Assembly (NCBI RefSeq): GCF_006345805.1
Contig: NC_043005.1
Location: 40,796,001-40,860,000, forward strand
DNA: 64,000 nt
Reading direction: 5' to 3'
Origin: Octopus sinensis
Taxonomy: Eukaryota
Part shown: one piece after another, positions 25,160 through 38,968 of the stretch
Layout of the letters: every line of letters starts with the position of its first letter
Numbering within the stretch: position 1 is the first letter of the stretch
Program-made: the position numbers and the translations under genes
The notes under the pieces: model-generated
What the model was told of the DNA's origin: nothing
The model's input: the letters and a program-made list of their open reading frames with translations, nothing else
The model's database searches: none

Positions 25160-26905
25160 AGTAATTATTAACCATGACTATAATAAGCATCTTCCACATC
25201 TTTTGCTGTGCATGTATGTCTGCACATGCATGCATTTGTGTGTGTACGTGCATGCATCAGTGTGTAGATATATGTTCTTGTTGTTCTCTGTATTCTGAGA
25301 CAAACGATGCCATGGTCTACTTTGCACTTTATTCTTTTGAATTGATAAAATAATAATATATCATACACCTTGGTCCATTCAACATATAATACTCTTCTAC
25401 AAAATTGTGATCTTTTACCAATGTTGGTAATCATTCTTATGAAATGCAGACATGCTAAGGATGAACTGCTCAATCACTTTTAATAAATTATAAATACCAT
25501 TTACAACACCAAGAAGACAAAATACATGCTAGTTGTATTCATAGTGCTTTCTCAAAAGAAACAATTGCGGTTTCTGCTATGATATTTTTTCCATCAAAAC
25601 ACATTTGTTATAAATGTTAGACAATGATTATTTTTACAAGAACACATTTACAGTGTACTTGTGTGTGCATGTGCATATGCTTGAGCTAAAAAATGAAAGT
25701 CAAACTTAGTTTATGAATGCTTTTAATTTTTTATCTTTTTCTATTATAACTAGAATCTTCCTAATGATGGTGTTGCCTCAAAGACTCATTTTTTTGTATT
25801 CTTTAATCAAGATATTATTATTATTATTATTATCATTTTTGTTGTTGTTGTTGTTGCAAATATCACTATGTAAACCAAATATGTGATATAACTGATGAAC
25901 CCCAGTCTGTAATGTAGCTTCAATTCCTGATTGGAACTATTTCACATGTCTGTTCATCATTAAAAACACCCTGAAGAAGGAAACATGTACACACCCTGTT
26001 TGAATGAAAGAATCTTGGGATTTTTTGTTACTGTCACAATATTATGCTAGAATAGCAGTGACATTGCACTCAGTAGATCTCTATGGGTGTATAACCAAGT
26101 GGTTCAGTTGATAGGCTTCTGATTGTAAGGTCATGGGTTCAATTCCTGGATTTGGCAGCATATTGTGCCATTAAGCCAAGCGCTTAAATTTCTGGTTACT
26201 CAACTGTTAGCAAGAACCTGCCTTGTTCTGATTCAGCTTTCTTTGCATCCAGCTGTCACATGCCCAATGTTCTGCAGGGTCAAGGTTAAGAGGAGCATCT
26301 ATGCTTATAACAACATATAGCCCTATAACAACTAGGGAAAAGCATTGTACAAGCTACCAGATCATTCACTTGTGATGGATGGTTAAGTAAGCTTTAGATT
26401 TCTATATCTCTTGGTATTTAAATATATCATGCACTCACCTTCTGTCTCTCTCTTTCTCTTCATTACCATATATTTTCTACTATATCTGTATAGCTCGAGC
26501 TGATTAGTTCTATATCTATCTATCTTCATTATTTATCACTATATTTTTCTATAACTATATATGTGTATATACATATACACATATATGCATACATACATGC
26601 ACTGATACACGCACACAGGTACATACATGCACGCACACACACACACAGGTACATACATGCACGCACACACACACATCACAATTCTTTTTTGTTCAATGCA
26701 TCTATTTTTCCATGAGTGAGACAGTTTATTTGCTGGAGGATTCCTTATGCAACTGGATACCCTTCTTGCTCACTCATTTGCTTACAAATACACATATCTA
26801 CACACAGATGCATGCGTGTACACACACAAATGCATGCATGTGCAGACATACATGCACAGCAGAAGATGTGGAAGATGCTTATTACAGTCGTGGTTAATAA
26901 CTACT
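25160..26905. repeat. ~120-bp inverted duplication (25160-25281 versus 26785-26905)
   Basis: AGTAATTATTAACCATGACTATAATAAGCATCTTCCACATC... reappears as its reverse complement 1.5 kb away with few substitutions. Confidence 0.85.
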
Positions 26906-27064
26906 TATTCGGTGGATCATAATCTCTCCATTTGCTTAGTGTTCACCAGTTATTGTTATGAACAGCTTTGGCCCAAAGTGATCACAATAGGCAGCTTCCA
27001 CAGAGTTTGTGTGAATCTCTTTTTCTCCATATGTATGTATAATCTCTCTCTCTCTCTCTCACTC

Positions 27065-27110
<46 letters not shown>

Positions 27111-28599
27111 TTAACTATTACTTACACACACACACACACACATACATACACTTCTTTATGTATCGTCATTGTTTTATACCTCTATTTTGCCATAAAGTTC
27201 AATCGATCAATTTGAGATTCTATAAATGCTCCAAGTCTGACTGATTCACAATTCTTCAGCAGTGAAGAATTTCACAAAAGAATGGAGAAAGAAATCTCAT
27301 TGATTCTTTGAAAAGATATTGAGAGCCAAAGGGAGATGCTATTTTTTTACTCCACAAACTTGTTGAAATATCACTCCAGAGAATGATAATGATATTTGAG
27401 GTAAGTAATGTGCATGTATTCACTCATACATACATTCTAAGTTAACTGATAATGAACAGATTATATGTATAGTATGCATATATTGCATAATATATATATA
27501 GTTCAAAATGATACAAAAAATAAAAGACAAAGAAAGGTGGGGGAACAACAAATGGTGACGTTTTGAGCCTACCACTCTTCTATATAAAGCAATGGAAAGA
27601 GAAAACAGATGGAGAGAGGAAAGAAATGGGGAGAAAAAAAAAACATGTCTGGATTAACAATTGCACATGTTGGACATCATCATCATCATTTAATGTTTTC
27701 TATGCTGGCATGGGTTGGACAATCTGACAGGACCTGATAAGGCCAGGAGTTGCAGCAGACTGTTTGTTTTGGCATGGTTTCTACAACTGGATGCTCTTCC
27801 TGATGCTAACCAAGTAATTAGCAATGCAAAAAGCTCCTCAGCTGGGAGTAGCCATGGGGCAGGATATGGAAAAAAGAATTTTAAATGAATGAACAATGTT
27901 TGCATTGATATATGTATGTATATCCATCAATACACCCACACACAGAAACATACATATACACACTTTATATATATATGAGATGTAAAAAAAAACTGCAATA
28001 TTTCCTGTAGAATTTGAATGCTGCATCTGCTGTAAAGCTATATAAATGTGCTAACTACCAAAGCACTGAGCAAAAGTAACAGCGCAACTGTTCTCATGAT
28101 GTTGGTTTCTGACATCATCGTCCACTCCTATTTTTTCTCTTGTATGCCAAAGACCAGAAAAAGATTTTAAGACATGTTCATGCCTGTAACATATTTCTGC
28201 TAGTGTTTCAATAAATAGAAAAACATGTAGTTTGGTGTCTGTCTATGTTTATGTTAATGGTGAATATTTTTTTTATATATATTGATGTCGCACCAGTCAT
28301 TAGGTAAGACTTTGGTTGCTTGGTAATCACAGTTATGAGCAGTAGTCTAACTTGCTCAAACAAGGGATTTCCAGCATTAACATCACTATCACTTAAATGT
28401 TCCCAGTACCAGCTACTGTGCTCTCAGCAGGTTGTTAGTGATTTGAGAATATTTTAATATAGAAACATGCATCTATAGGTAAAGCTAAGCCAAGTTCTGA
28501 GTTCAGAATTATTTCCCCTCATAGGCACGGTAGAACATCTTTGGGTATCGCCTTTTCATAATGAAGAGCACAGAATTTTGAGGGTACAGTAAAACATGC

Positions 28600-29389
28600 T
28601 ACTATCTTTTGCCTGGCACCAGATAAAACGCTTAGTGAAATTTTATCCGTTTTTACTTTTTGGGTTTAAATTTCACTGAGATCGACTTAGCCTTTCATTC
28701 TTTCAGGGTCAATGAAATAAGTACCAGTTGAAAACTGAGGTTGAGGCTTTGTGCTAGAAAGTATTATTATTATCATTACTAAAATGTTGAGGTGCAGAAT
28801 CGTTAGCACACTAAACAAAATACTGTTACGTTTTTACATTCAGAGTTCCAAGTCTACCAAGGTTGATTTTGTCTTTCATCCTTTCAGGGTTGATAAAATA
28901 AGTACCAGCTGAGTATTGGGATCTATGTAATAGACTTCCTCCACCCCTCAAATTTACAGGTCGTGTGACAAAATAAGGATTATTAGTGAGCTGGCAGAAT
29001 CATTAGTAGGCAGGGTAACATGCTTAGTGGCATTTCATCTGTCTTTACATTCTTAATTCAAATTCCACTGAGGTCGGCTTAACCTTTCACCCTTTCAGAT
29101 AGATAAAATAAGTACCAGTTGAGCACTGAGGTTGATGGAATTGACTTACACCCCCCTTTAAAATTGCTGGTCTTGTGCCAAAATTATTATTATTATTATC
29201 ATTATTATTACTATTATTTCTAAGGTAGTGAGCTAGCACCAAAGTTCACTTTGCCTTTCATCCTTTCGGGGATGATGAATTAAGTACCAGTGAAACACTG
29301 GGGGGGGGGGGGGGTCGATGTAATAAACTAGTCCCCTCCCCCAAAATTTCAGGCTTTGTGCCTTTAGAAGAAAGGATTATTATTATTAT
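28600..29389 (+). mobile_element. Head-to-tail cluster of about 4 degenerate SINE family C copies separated by (ATT)n
   Basis: Recurrent CCTTTCATCCTTTC.GGG...TAAGTACCAG blocks at about 28690, 28870, 29085 and 29255, each followed by ATTATT. Confidence 0.7.
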
Positions 29390-30487
29390 CAAAAAACTGT
29401 CAACTTATGCTTTAAAGTTCATCAATCTTTTAGAAAGTCATAATTCAGCTTTTGATCAACTTTGAGAGCTGAATTTAAAAGTAACTGTCAAAAGCTTAAC
29501 ATTTTAGAATGATGATAACAATTTGAAAAGAGCTGGTCTGGGAATACTAGGGCCTAATATTTAATGTTGCTTTCTTTCTTTGTATTTTTTCTTTATATAG
29601 ATTAACTATAATAGAAATTTAAAATTTTGTTTCATATGATGTTTTTATATTCTGTTTTTGTTAATTCATTGATACACTGTTTGCATTTTTTCCTTGGTAG
29701 ATTATATAAAGTAGAATTAGGTTCTATGTGCCAGCTCATAGATAAAATGTTTAGACACGTTGAAACACATATAAAACATGACTATTATAAACTTTTAAGA
29801 CAAAAGAGGAGATGGCAAAATTTGCGAATCGTAGGAACTAAAAAAAAAAAACTCTGTAATTGTATTATTGGAAATAATATCAATGTCACTTGAATGTGCA
29901 CTCCAGGGAATCTGGTTTGAAGCTTAACAGAACTGACAGATCAAGATATGACATGCATGTGATTCTTGTATGAAGAGCAATTTTTGACAACATTCGAAAA
30001 TCTGCAGAATGCTATAAGAATACCTAATTCAACTGACTTGAAATGATACAGGAAAGTGTGCAAAATGAATGATAAAAGTAGTCACTATGCATATATAAGC
30101 CTTATTTTTGGCAGATTCTGCATGTATGTTAATAAATCCCACAACAAGATTTAGATAAAGTATGACAATGGAACAGAACATTGCAGTAATTAAGAGGTTA
30201 GAGTCATAGCAAAAAAAAGAAAAGAACAAAAACTACTCCAATTTTAGCTAATTCACCATCAGATTTGTATATTAAAAAAAGATTAAACTGTGAAGCCTGT
30301 AGATAGGTAGGTATGCAATTTTCTAAAATACAAAAGGCCACTACCTGAACAAATTTAGAAATCATAAATGAATTTTATTTAAAAAGAAAGATGATATTTA
30401 CTTTAAAATAACTTAAGTGCTATCTTTTTAGACATCAAGTTAAACCTAAATCACCACTAAGCAGTATCCTTAAAAAGTATATTCATC

Positions 30488-30760
30488 CTCATCATCATCA
30501 TTGTCGTTTAACGTCCGCTTTCCATACTGGCATGGGTTGGCCGTTTTGACTGAGGACTAGCGAGCCAGAAGGCTGCACCAAGCTCCAATCTGATCTGCAA
30601 GGTTTCTACAGCTGGATGCCCTTCCTAATGCAAACCACTCTGAGAGTGTAGTGGGTGCTTTTATGTGCCACTGGCACGAGGGCCAGTCAGGCGGTTCTGC
30701 AACAACTATGCTCAAAATGTGTTTTTTTACGTGCTACCTGCACAGGAGCAAGTCTGAATG
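30488..30760 (-). mobile_element. (GAT)n-tailed SINE/LINE 3' fragment, same tail family as the composite element but without VNTR expansion
   Basis: CATCATC...TTTAACGTCCGCTTTCCATACTGGCATGGGTTGG...CTGGATGCCCTTCC. Confidence 0.65.
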
Positions 30761-33700
30761 TTGTTGGGATGGAGCTAGGAAGAGATAAAAAATACTGTGA
30801 TGAGGTACAAAGTGAAAATGAAATAGTCACAAGAACAAGTCCCACAGAATGAAAAAATATTTTTAATAAAAATTATTTGGCTCAACCCATCATTTGTGCC
30901 AAAAATTGTATGGCATTATTATCTTTTAGAAGGGGCTGAAGATTGTATCATACCTTAATATCAGCTTTGGCTATGACTAGATGCCCTTCCTAATGTCAAC
31001 CACTTTATAGTCTATACTGATGTTCTTTTCTTTTTTGTGACGCCAAACACTAGTGATGTCACCATGCAGCTAACAAAACAAAGATAAATGACTGACTGAG
31101 GCTACAGTAGAAAGATTTCATACTTCTATGTTAGAAGATATGTTGAAGTATGAAAAAATAGGGCCAAAACAGATTTATTGCTATACAGGAGCTACATGGC
31201 TACACACAGTATAGAAGAGTGAGTAAGAGTAACCAGGGTGGAGTTGAAGAGATAAAATAGCATTCACTTCATGGTAAATGAAAGTGAATAGAAATGGAGA
31301 GAGAACAAAAGGAGACTTCAAGATCATATGAAGAGAGTAAGTAGGAGAGAAAATATTATGAAGAACATGGATTGATGGATGGTTGATGATAGATATGCAT
31401 AAGGGGGAAGTTGAGAAGAGTAGGTGATGTCTGTAGAAATTCAGTAGGGTTGATGGGTGAATGTAGTGAATGGTGGATAAGGGTAGAAAGGTGATTGATG
31501 AAACAAAAGGAAGGGAGAGTAGGTGATGACTGACAGTGCGGAAAGGGGTGAACAGCAGTAGAATTGTAGTTAGAATACAGTAGACAAGAGATGGATGAGA
31601 GCAAGGGAGATGTGTGGGTGGAAAAGAGAAGATAAAGTAGATGGGAAGAGTGAAAGATGTAAACTGGTGGAGAGATCATTTGGTAGCACAAGAAGAAAGG
31701 TTAATGTAAAAAGTAAGTTGAGAGGAACAATATTTAAAATAAAGAATGGATGTCAAGTGAAGTGGTTCTGGGTGGTGAGAAATATGGCCAGTTTTGTCAA
31801 TCAATCAATCAACTAGGTTTGTCATAGATTTTTCGACATTATTCATGACAGACAGACTCTAAGCAGGGAAGGCATTTCATTGATGAAGTTGCAGATGATG
31901 ACAAAAGAACTGTGATAAACTTAGCTGATTGATTGACCAAATGATTAATCAAAGAATCAATTAGTTAATTGGTAAAATGGTTAACTAGTTGACTACTACT
32001 AATAATAAAAGAAGTGAAATAGAACCAGTGCATGTGTTTGTTATTGGCATAATGATCCTCCTGAGATACAATAAAATAATGACTGTAAATATTACTTTAT
32101 TTGGATCTTTTCGGGATTGAAAATATCCAATGACTATCCCCGTTTTGCAGTCCTGTTTTACTCTTATCTCACTATCAATACCAAGTCTTTGAGTCAGCCA
32201 GCCAGAAATGACAGAGTGGGAATCGTTTGGTAAAGAATTGGAACTGAGACCATGTGTTGAAACTGAAACGATTACATCATGGAAGAATGATTTTAACCAT
32301 TTCTAAGCAAACAAAAACCTTTTGTTTATTTCTTAACAATGTAGACTATTATGAAGTATCATATGAAATTGTAATCTGGTTGCAGAAGTGTGACAAAACT
32401 TTTTGATACTTCATAATAGACCATGCCATTAAGAAAGACACAAGGAATGACTATAATAGTTTTTGTGCATTGTTAAATGGCTAAACTGCATCTTGCGTAA
32501 TGCAATCGAGTCAGATATTAATTTGCTTGGAAACAATACTGTCATATCAAATTTAATCTGAATGGTGTGTGTGTGTGTGTGTGTGTGCGTGCGCGTGTAT
32601 GTGTGTGTGTGTGTATGCATGAGTTGCATTTGGGAGATAGAGTTTTCCTGATCTAGATATTGGTTGGATTTGGCTGCTGGTAGATATCTGGTATCCTATC
32701 GATCTAGCTAATGTTTTTGAATGGAATGATGTGCTGTGACAGTGGTATTTCTTCTGCTTCCTTCTGTTTTAACAGAGTCAGTAGGTTGCTGGTGAGAAAA
32801 TGTAGAAACAGAAGGGTATGGAAGAGTCAGTGAAGAGTTTACAGATATATCATCTTCACTACTTATCTCAGTTTCTTTCCTCCAGTTGAGAGAGAGAGAG
32901 AGAGATAGAGAAAGAAAGAGAGAGGAAGAAAGAGAATGGGAGACAGAGAAGAGTAAGCAGAGAGCTACAAAAAGGAAGAAATTGGAATACTCCCTCTCAC
33001 ATAACCTCTCCACTGCAACCATCACTGCCTAGAGACTTTCCTTTAACTTTCCTCTTGTTAACTTTCACCACCGCCGCCACTGCTGCCGCCACCATCAAAG
33101 TGCTTTTGCAATGTTCTGCTTGAAGATCATTTGAAAAAGAAGAATTACTGAAACATAAAATCTCTGGTGGTAGTGGTGGTGGAGGCAATGATGGAGTAGT
33201 AATGAAGATAAATGGAAACCACTCAAACCATTTTCCAGTTGTTGTTACCACCAGCACTGTGCAGTCAAGTGCATCTTACAAGATGCCTGTCGAAACACTG
33301 ATATGGATGTAACATGCTGGTACAAGTTGAACACCAAACTTCCTGTTGATGCTGCTGATGATAGTAAATGTCTGACTGCCTCTACCAGTCTGCCTCTGCC
33401 CATGTGTTTAGCTCCCACAGTGTGTGTGTGTGTGTGTGTGCACATTTCTGCACACCTGCATGTATGTGTATGTGTATCAATCCATCTCAGCCTGCTTACC
33501 TATCCTATGTATGTATACCTGTTTCTTTCTATATGCTTCTGTGTGCATGTGCGTGTTTGTGTGTGTGTGTGTGTGCATGCATGTGCACAGCATATGTGCA
33601 GCTGTGTATGTGAACATGTGTTTGCATGTTTCTGCTTATCTACCTGTTTATTCAAGCATGTGAGTATGTATACATGTCTGCCCTGTCTGTATGTTTGTGA

Positions 33701-36020
33701 ACAAATATGTGCATATCTGCCTATTTCAGGAGCTTACATTGATCAGGAACTATGTAATATGCTTAATCAATATACAAAAATTTAATATACAGATTTGATA
33801 TTTATTGATCTGAAACTACATGGATGACAAGTCTGTGCTTTATTCTAAAATCTCTCAGCCCTCTCCTCAGTCATCCAAGCAACACAGGGTTTAATTTTGC
33901 TAACATATCAAACTATTAAGTTCAAATCTCACTACAACTAAGATACATAACATTTGCTTGCTCCAGTTTACTTCAATGACAAAAAGCAAGTTCAACACCT
34001 ACAACAGTATGTCCAACAGAAAAATCCCCTCATCCAGACAAGCATAGAAAATGGATTTAAAACTGCGAGGAGCAAAGTATACTTAACAGTGAGCATGTAC
34101 AGTCATGTTTGTATATTTATAAATTCACTACTAACACCATTTCTCTTAGCATATGTTTAAGCTAAAGTGTCTGTGAGTGTGTTCTACGAAGTTGTCTGGA
34201 GTCATTAGTTGACAGACATGTATTTTTCTATGGCTTCTGTCACTTAAAGACTGTTCTATTTTGTCAAATTGTCAAGCCATCTAGCATTAGATGTTTATGT
34301 ATTGACAATCATATTGTCTTAAGACCCCGTTCAAATGTTACCGTTAACAACGAATGTTTCAGTCATGGATAAAGTACATAAAATAACTACAAGTTTTAGT
34401 TTATCAGATTATAATGAAAGGCTAGCTATAAATGTGCAATTCTTCAAATTTTTAACAAAAATTTGTTTAAAAATATAAATAAATATATATGCTTTTAAGC
34501 GTGTACAGATTTATAGACACATCACCACCATTAGTTTACTCTCCATAGAGCAGAAATGTATAAATTTCTACTTCTAAAGCTTCATTAATCATGATCTATG
34601 TATAAACTTCCAATATTTCCTGTCTCAATTATATATGATGCTAAGAACTGATGAACAAGAACTAGCATAAACCACTTATACCAAGTGTCTGGATTTAATT
34701 TCTAAGTGACTTTCAAAATATTTCTTACTTTTTCTTCCTGTACAGCCTAATTCAATATGCTCATATTTTTTTTATGAATCCTAATTTCTAATTCCTGTTT
34801 TATATAAATGACATAAAAAGATTATTTTTTTTAAATACACATTTCACACTTAAATCTGGAGAAATTTTTTTAAAGAAAATCTCAAGAAAATTTTCAGATG
34901 CAGACATGTTTGTGTGGTTAAGGAGCTTGCTTCTCAACCATGTGGTTTTGGGTTCAGTGCCATTGTATGGTACCTTGAGCAAACATTTTTTACTGTAGTT
35001 CAGAGCCAAAAAATGTCTTGAGAGCGAATTTGGCAGATGGAAACTCAATGGTTGGCGTGTATGTATGTATGTATGTATGTATGTGTGTGTGTGTGTGAGA
35101 GAGAGAGGGAGAGAGAGAGAAATGGATGTGAGAGAGAGTGAGAGAGAATATTCACTTTTGACACTTTACTTGCAAAAGAACTGAGCTACAAATGATGAAA
35201 TTTGTTGTCATTTCTGTCAAAACCTCTGCTAACTTTTGAAAATGTACTAAATAAAAAAAAAAACCTTTAAAAATCATGTAAGGGTTAGTGACAGGAAGGC
35301 CACATCGTATAACAATAACTAAATAATTTATATTTGTCTAATTCATACCAGCATGGAAAAATGGAAGTAAGATGAACGTCTTGGATTGTGAAAACGAAAG
35401 TTTGATAACATACATAAGAATAAATATAATTTGGGATTCTGTCCCTTGTCACAGATTAATGCTATAAGTACCACCAATAAACAATACACACAGACAGATG
35501 CATTATGTGACACCTTGGGTATCTTCTACTATAGCCCAGGGCTGACCAAAGCCTTATGAGCTGATTTGTTAGAGGAAACTGAAAAAAATTTGTTGTGTGT
35601 GTGTGTATTTTGTATCTCCTAGTCTTGATATCACATGATAGTTATAAATGAGTGTCACTATCACAAGCAGTATATACGTGTATATATACATATATCTACA
35701 CATGTCTATATGAGAGGGAATCCTTGTCAAGACAAATATTTGTGGTTATAAATCTGAACCCTGAAACAGCAACTGTATTCATTCCACTACTCACATATTG
35801 ATTATCTCCACTGAATATTTGAATGCAAATGCAGCTACAACAAACTGCAATCAGTGAATGAAAATAATTGGGAATACTAAGAACTTTTTACCTCGTAATT
35901 CAGTCAGAAGCTCAAATCAGAACCTATTCTTAATTATTTAAACAGAACAAGATGACAATCAAGATTGAAGGTTGGTCACCCTTATGACAAGTTAATACTA
36001 GTTTTGTGATAGAGTGGCAG

Positions 36021-36110
36021 TGCTTGTACCCCAGACCACAACCTCAACCTCTACCATCATCACCACAATGGTGGTGATGATGGTAGAGGTTGTGGTCTGG
36101 GGTGCATGCA
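36021..36110. repeat. GC-rich near-perfect hairpin (~35-bp stem, one 6-nt bulge)
   Basis: ACCCCAGACCACAACCTC[AACCTC]TACCATCATCACCA-caatgg-TGGTGATGATGGTAGAGGTTGTGGTCTGGGGT. Confidence 0.88.
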
Positions 36111-36914
36111 ATGACAAATGTTGCAGGCTATTGTAGACAGGATCAAAGGTTGTGTTACTAATCGTAGACAAACTTGTGGATTGTAGAAATTGCAATGATG
36201 ATAGTGGAGGTAGTGATGTCTGAAAATTGTTGATGATGAATGTGGTGGTGGGGAGGGGGAGTGAAAATAAAAAAATGTTAACCCTTAGTTGCAGATGATT
36301 TATGACCTGGTAGCTAGTTCTTGTTTTCGTGTGTTGTTTTAGATGGCCTCTGTACTTGCAAAACACTCTCTCACTGATAGTAATTATGTTTATTACAGTA
36401 AATAATGAAAATACCAAATTGATAGTGTTACAGCCAGATCTAACATTCTAAATGACAGCTGGAATGCATACCCACCTCCCCACCATCGTGCTAAAACCAA
36501 AAAAATAATGAATTATTTTGATTGGTCATTTTTAGTACAACAGAACAAATAATATCACATGCTACAATATACTGTTGGGTTTTAATTGTACTAGTATAAT
36601 GAAATAATAAACACAAAACTAATACTAAAAGACTGAAAAGTACCTACAATTGGACAGAACTGAGGAAATTACATGAGCAGCAGTTGTCTATTATCACAAA
36701 AGCATGAGGAACATTCCAAAACAGTAATTCCAGGAACAAGGATTTGGAATTCAAACTCCAGACAGTGGAGTTACAGAAATCTGCCAACTGTAATTCCATA
36801 AAAATATTTTACAAAGTACTTCAGAGTTAATAGAGATATTCTTAAATCTTAAGACATGACTCAGCTGATGAGGTGTAGCTGAAAATTTGTTAAACCAGTA
36901 AGAATAATTCTTTT

Positions 36915-37312
36915 ATACTTTTATTTGTTTCAGTCACCTGACTGCAGCCATGCTGGAGCACTGCCTTTAGTGGAACAAATCACCCCCAGGACTTATTCTT
37001 TGTAAGCCTAGAACTTATTCTATCAGTCTCTTTCGTGAAACCGCTAAGTTACAGAGACATAAACACACCAACATCGACTGTCAAGCAATGGTAGAGGTCA
37101 AACACAGATACAAACACAAAAATATATACATATACACATATATATATATGATGGGCTTCTTTCCGTTTCTGTCAACCAAATCCACTCACAAGGCTTTGGT
37201 CGGCATGAGGATATAGTAGAAGGCACTTGCCTAAGGTGCCATGCAATGGGACTGAACCTGGGACCATGTGGTTGGTAAGCAACTTACTTATCACACAGCC
37301 ACTCCTGTGTCT
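36915..37312 (-). mobile_element. tRNA-derived SINE family A
   Basis: Full-length reverse-complement copy, very similar to 21255-21610. Confidence 0.75.
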
Positions 37313-37662
37313 ATGGTAATTTTTTTTTTTTTGACTAGAGAATATCAATGTTGTTTAGCTGTATGATTAAAGATTTCCAAGTTGTGGCTATCCTGTTAAT
37401 TTTCCAGGACCACAGTAGCTAACACGTACCCTTGTTGACAACACCAATTTTCCTTAAATCAGTGCATCATATTGAATAAATTTCAGTCTATTATTTCTAT
37501 GTATTGTATCAACCACAAAAAATTAAGTCAAGTAGGATTTGAAATGAGACCACCATACTGTTCAGCATCACATCTGGTCCACTATTTTAAATAATAACAC
37601 CACTGGAAATATTAACTTGCATGATGATGTTATTCCAGAAAGCATAAATTAAGATATCTTTA

Positions 37663-37702
<40 letters not shown>

Positions 37703-38677
37703 TTAAGGAGTATTATGTATTTGGTTTACTAAATCTTAACCTATCGATCATGACTGGATATCAAAAGCATTAAAGCATTGGTTGATGTATTGTAATAAAG
37801 CCATGTGTGCTGGTACAATGTAAGAGAAATAGACAAAATAGACTAGGGGATAAAAGGACATTACAAGATTCCTGTTGTGCAAAGACCAAATAGGCTTGCA
37901 AACAAGTAAGGGATCAATATTGCAGAGTTATGCTGACCTGCTGATCCATTCAATACATAACATCATGGAATAACTGACATTGATATTATGAAAGTAATAA
38001 CGACACAATGTTCGTTTAAAAGGATAAAAATAAGAATTAATTATCACACAATGTTACAAACAAAAGGAAAATAATATTTCCCCATGAAGTACAAAATATT
38101 AACATATTTTTATGATGATGATAGAAGACAATATAATAATCATCTCTATTACCCCAGTGAGAATTGAACAAAAAATGTAAAAGAATAATACATAAGACAA
38201 TTCATGCAGCCCACTACCAATTGTGTCACATAATTATAATAAGTATAACAAAGTCAAATTGTTTAAAAGAAGAAGGCAGAAATAACTTTATTAACTAATA
38301 AAGCAATTTTTAAATGTGAGAACAAAAGATGGAAATAAAATTTACAAAAGAGACAAAAAAATCCAGAATGAGAGAAAAAGTAATTCCACCACCCAACATA
38401 GTTAATTAATTGAACATTTTAAGGCTCCAAGACAGATGAGAGAATGTCAGATACACACAAAACAATAGGGACACAACACACTGATCCAGTCTTGTTAGAG
38501 AAAAGCCTAAATGTGTGAGTATATACATTAATGAATATATGTAGGCATATATGTAAATATGAACACTAACATGTATATATGAAAGGATGTATTTGTCTGT
38601 GTGTGTATGAATGAGTGTGTAGCATGGAAAACAGTTATATATATATAGCTGTTTTCCCATGTTAGTATGAGCTGGAC

Positions 38678-38968
38678 CAGTGGTTCCCAAACTTTTTCAG
38701 GTTGCTGCCCCCTTGACACCCAGGCCATATTCCTTGCGCCCCCACCCCAACTAACCATCACAAACATAGACCTCTTTCTGAAGCAAATTTAAAGCAATTG
38801 TATCTCACAAATAAAACTTAACCCAACCCAATGAACCCATTATTTTGTTGTTTTTACATGAATCGCCACCCTATTATTGCCCCAATTTTTACATAAACCG
38901 CTACCCCATTATCGCTCCACTTTTCTTCAACACCCTTAGAATTTTCCACCATACTCAAGGAATCACTG
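38678..38968. mobile_element. hAT-type MITE with 8-bp target-site duplication
   Basis: Termini CAGTGGTTCC... and ...GGAATCACTG, flanked by AGCTGGAC / GGCTGGAC (7 of 8 identical). Confidence 0.8.

Noticed and set aside
29880-30120. Copia-like GAG-pre-integrase resemblance (HACDSCMK...)
   Set aside because: There are stops every few codons and no LTR or other retroviral motifs nearby.
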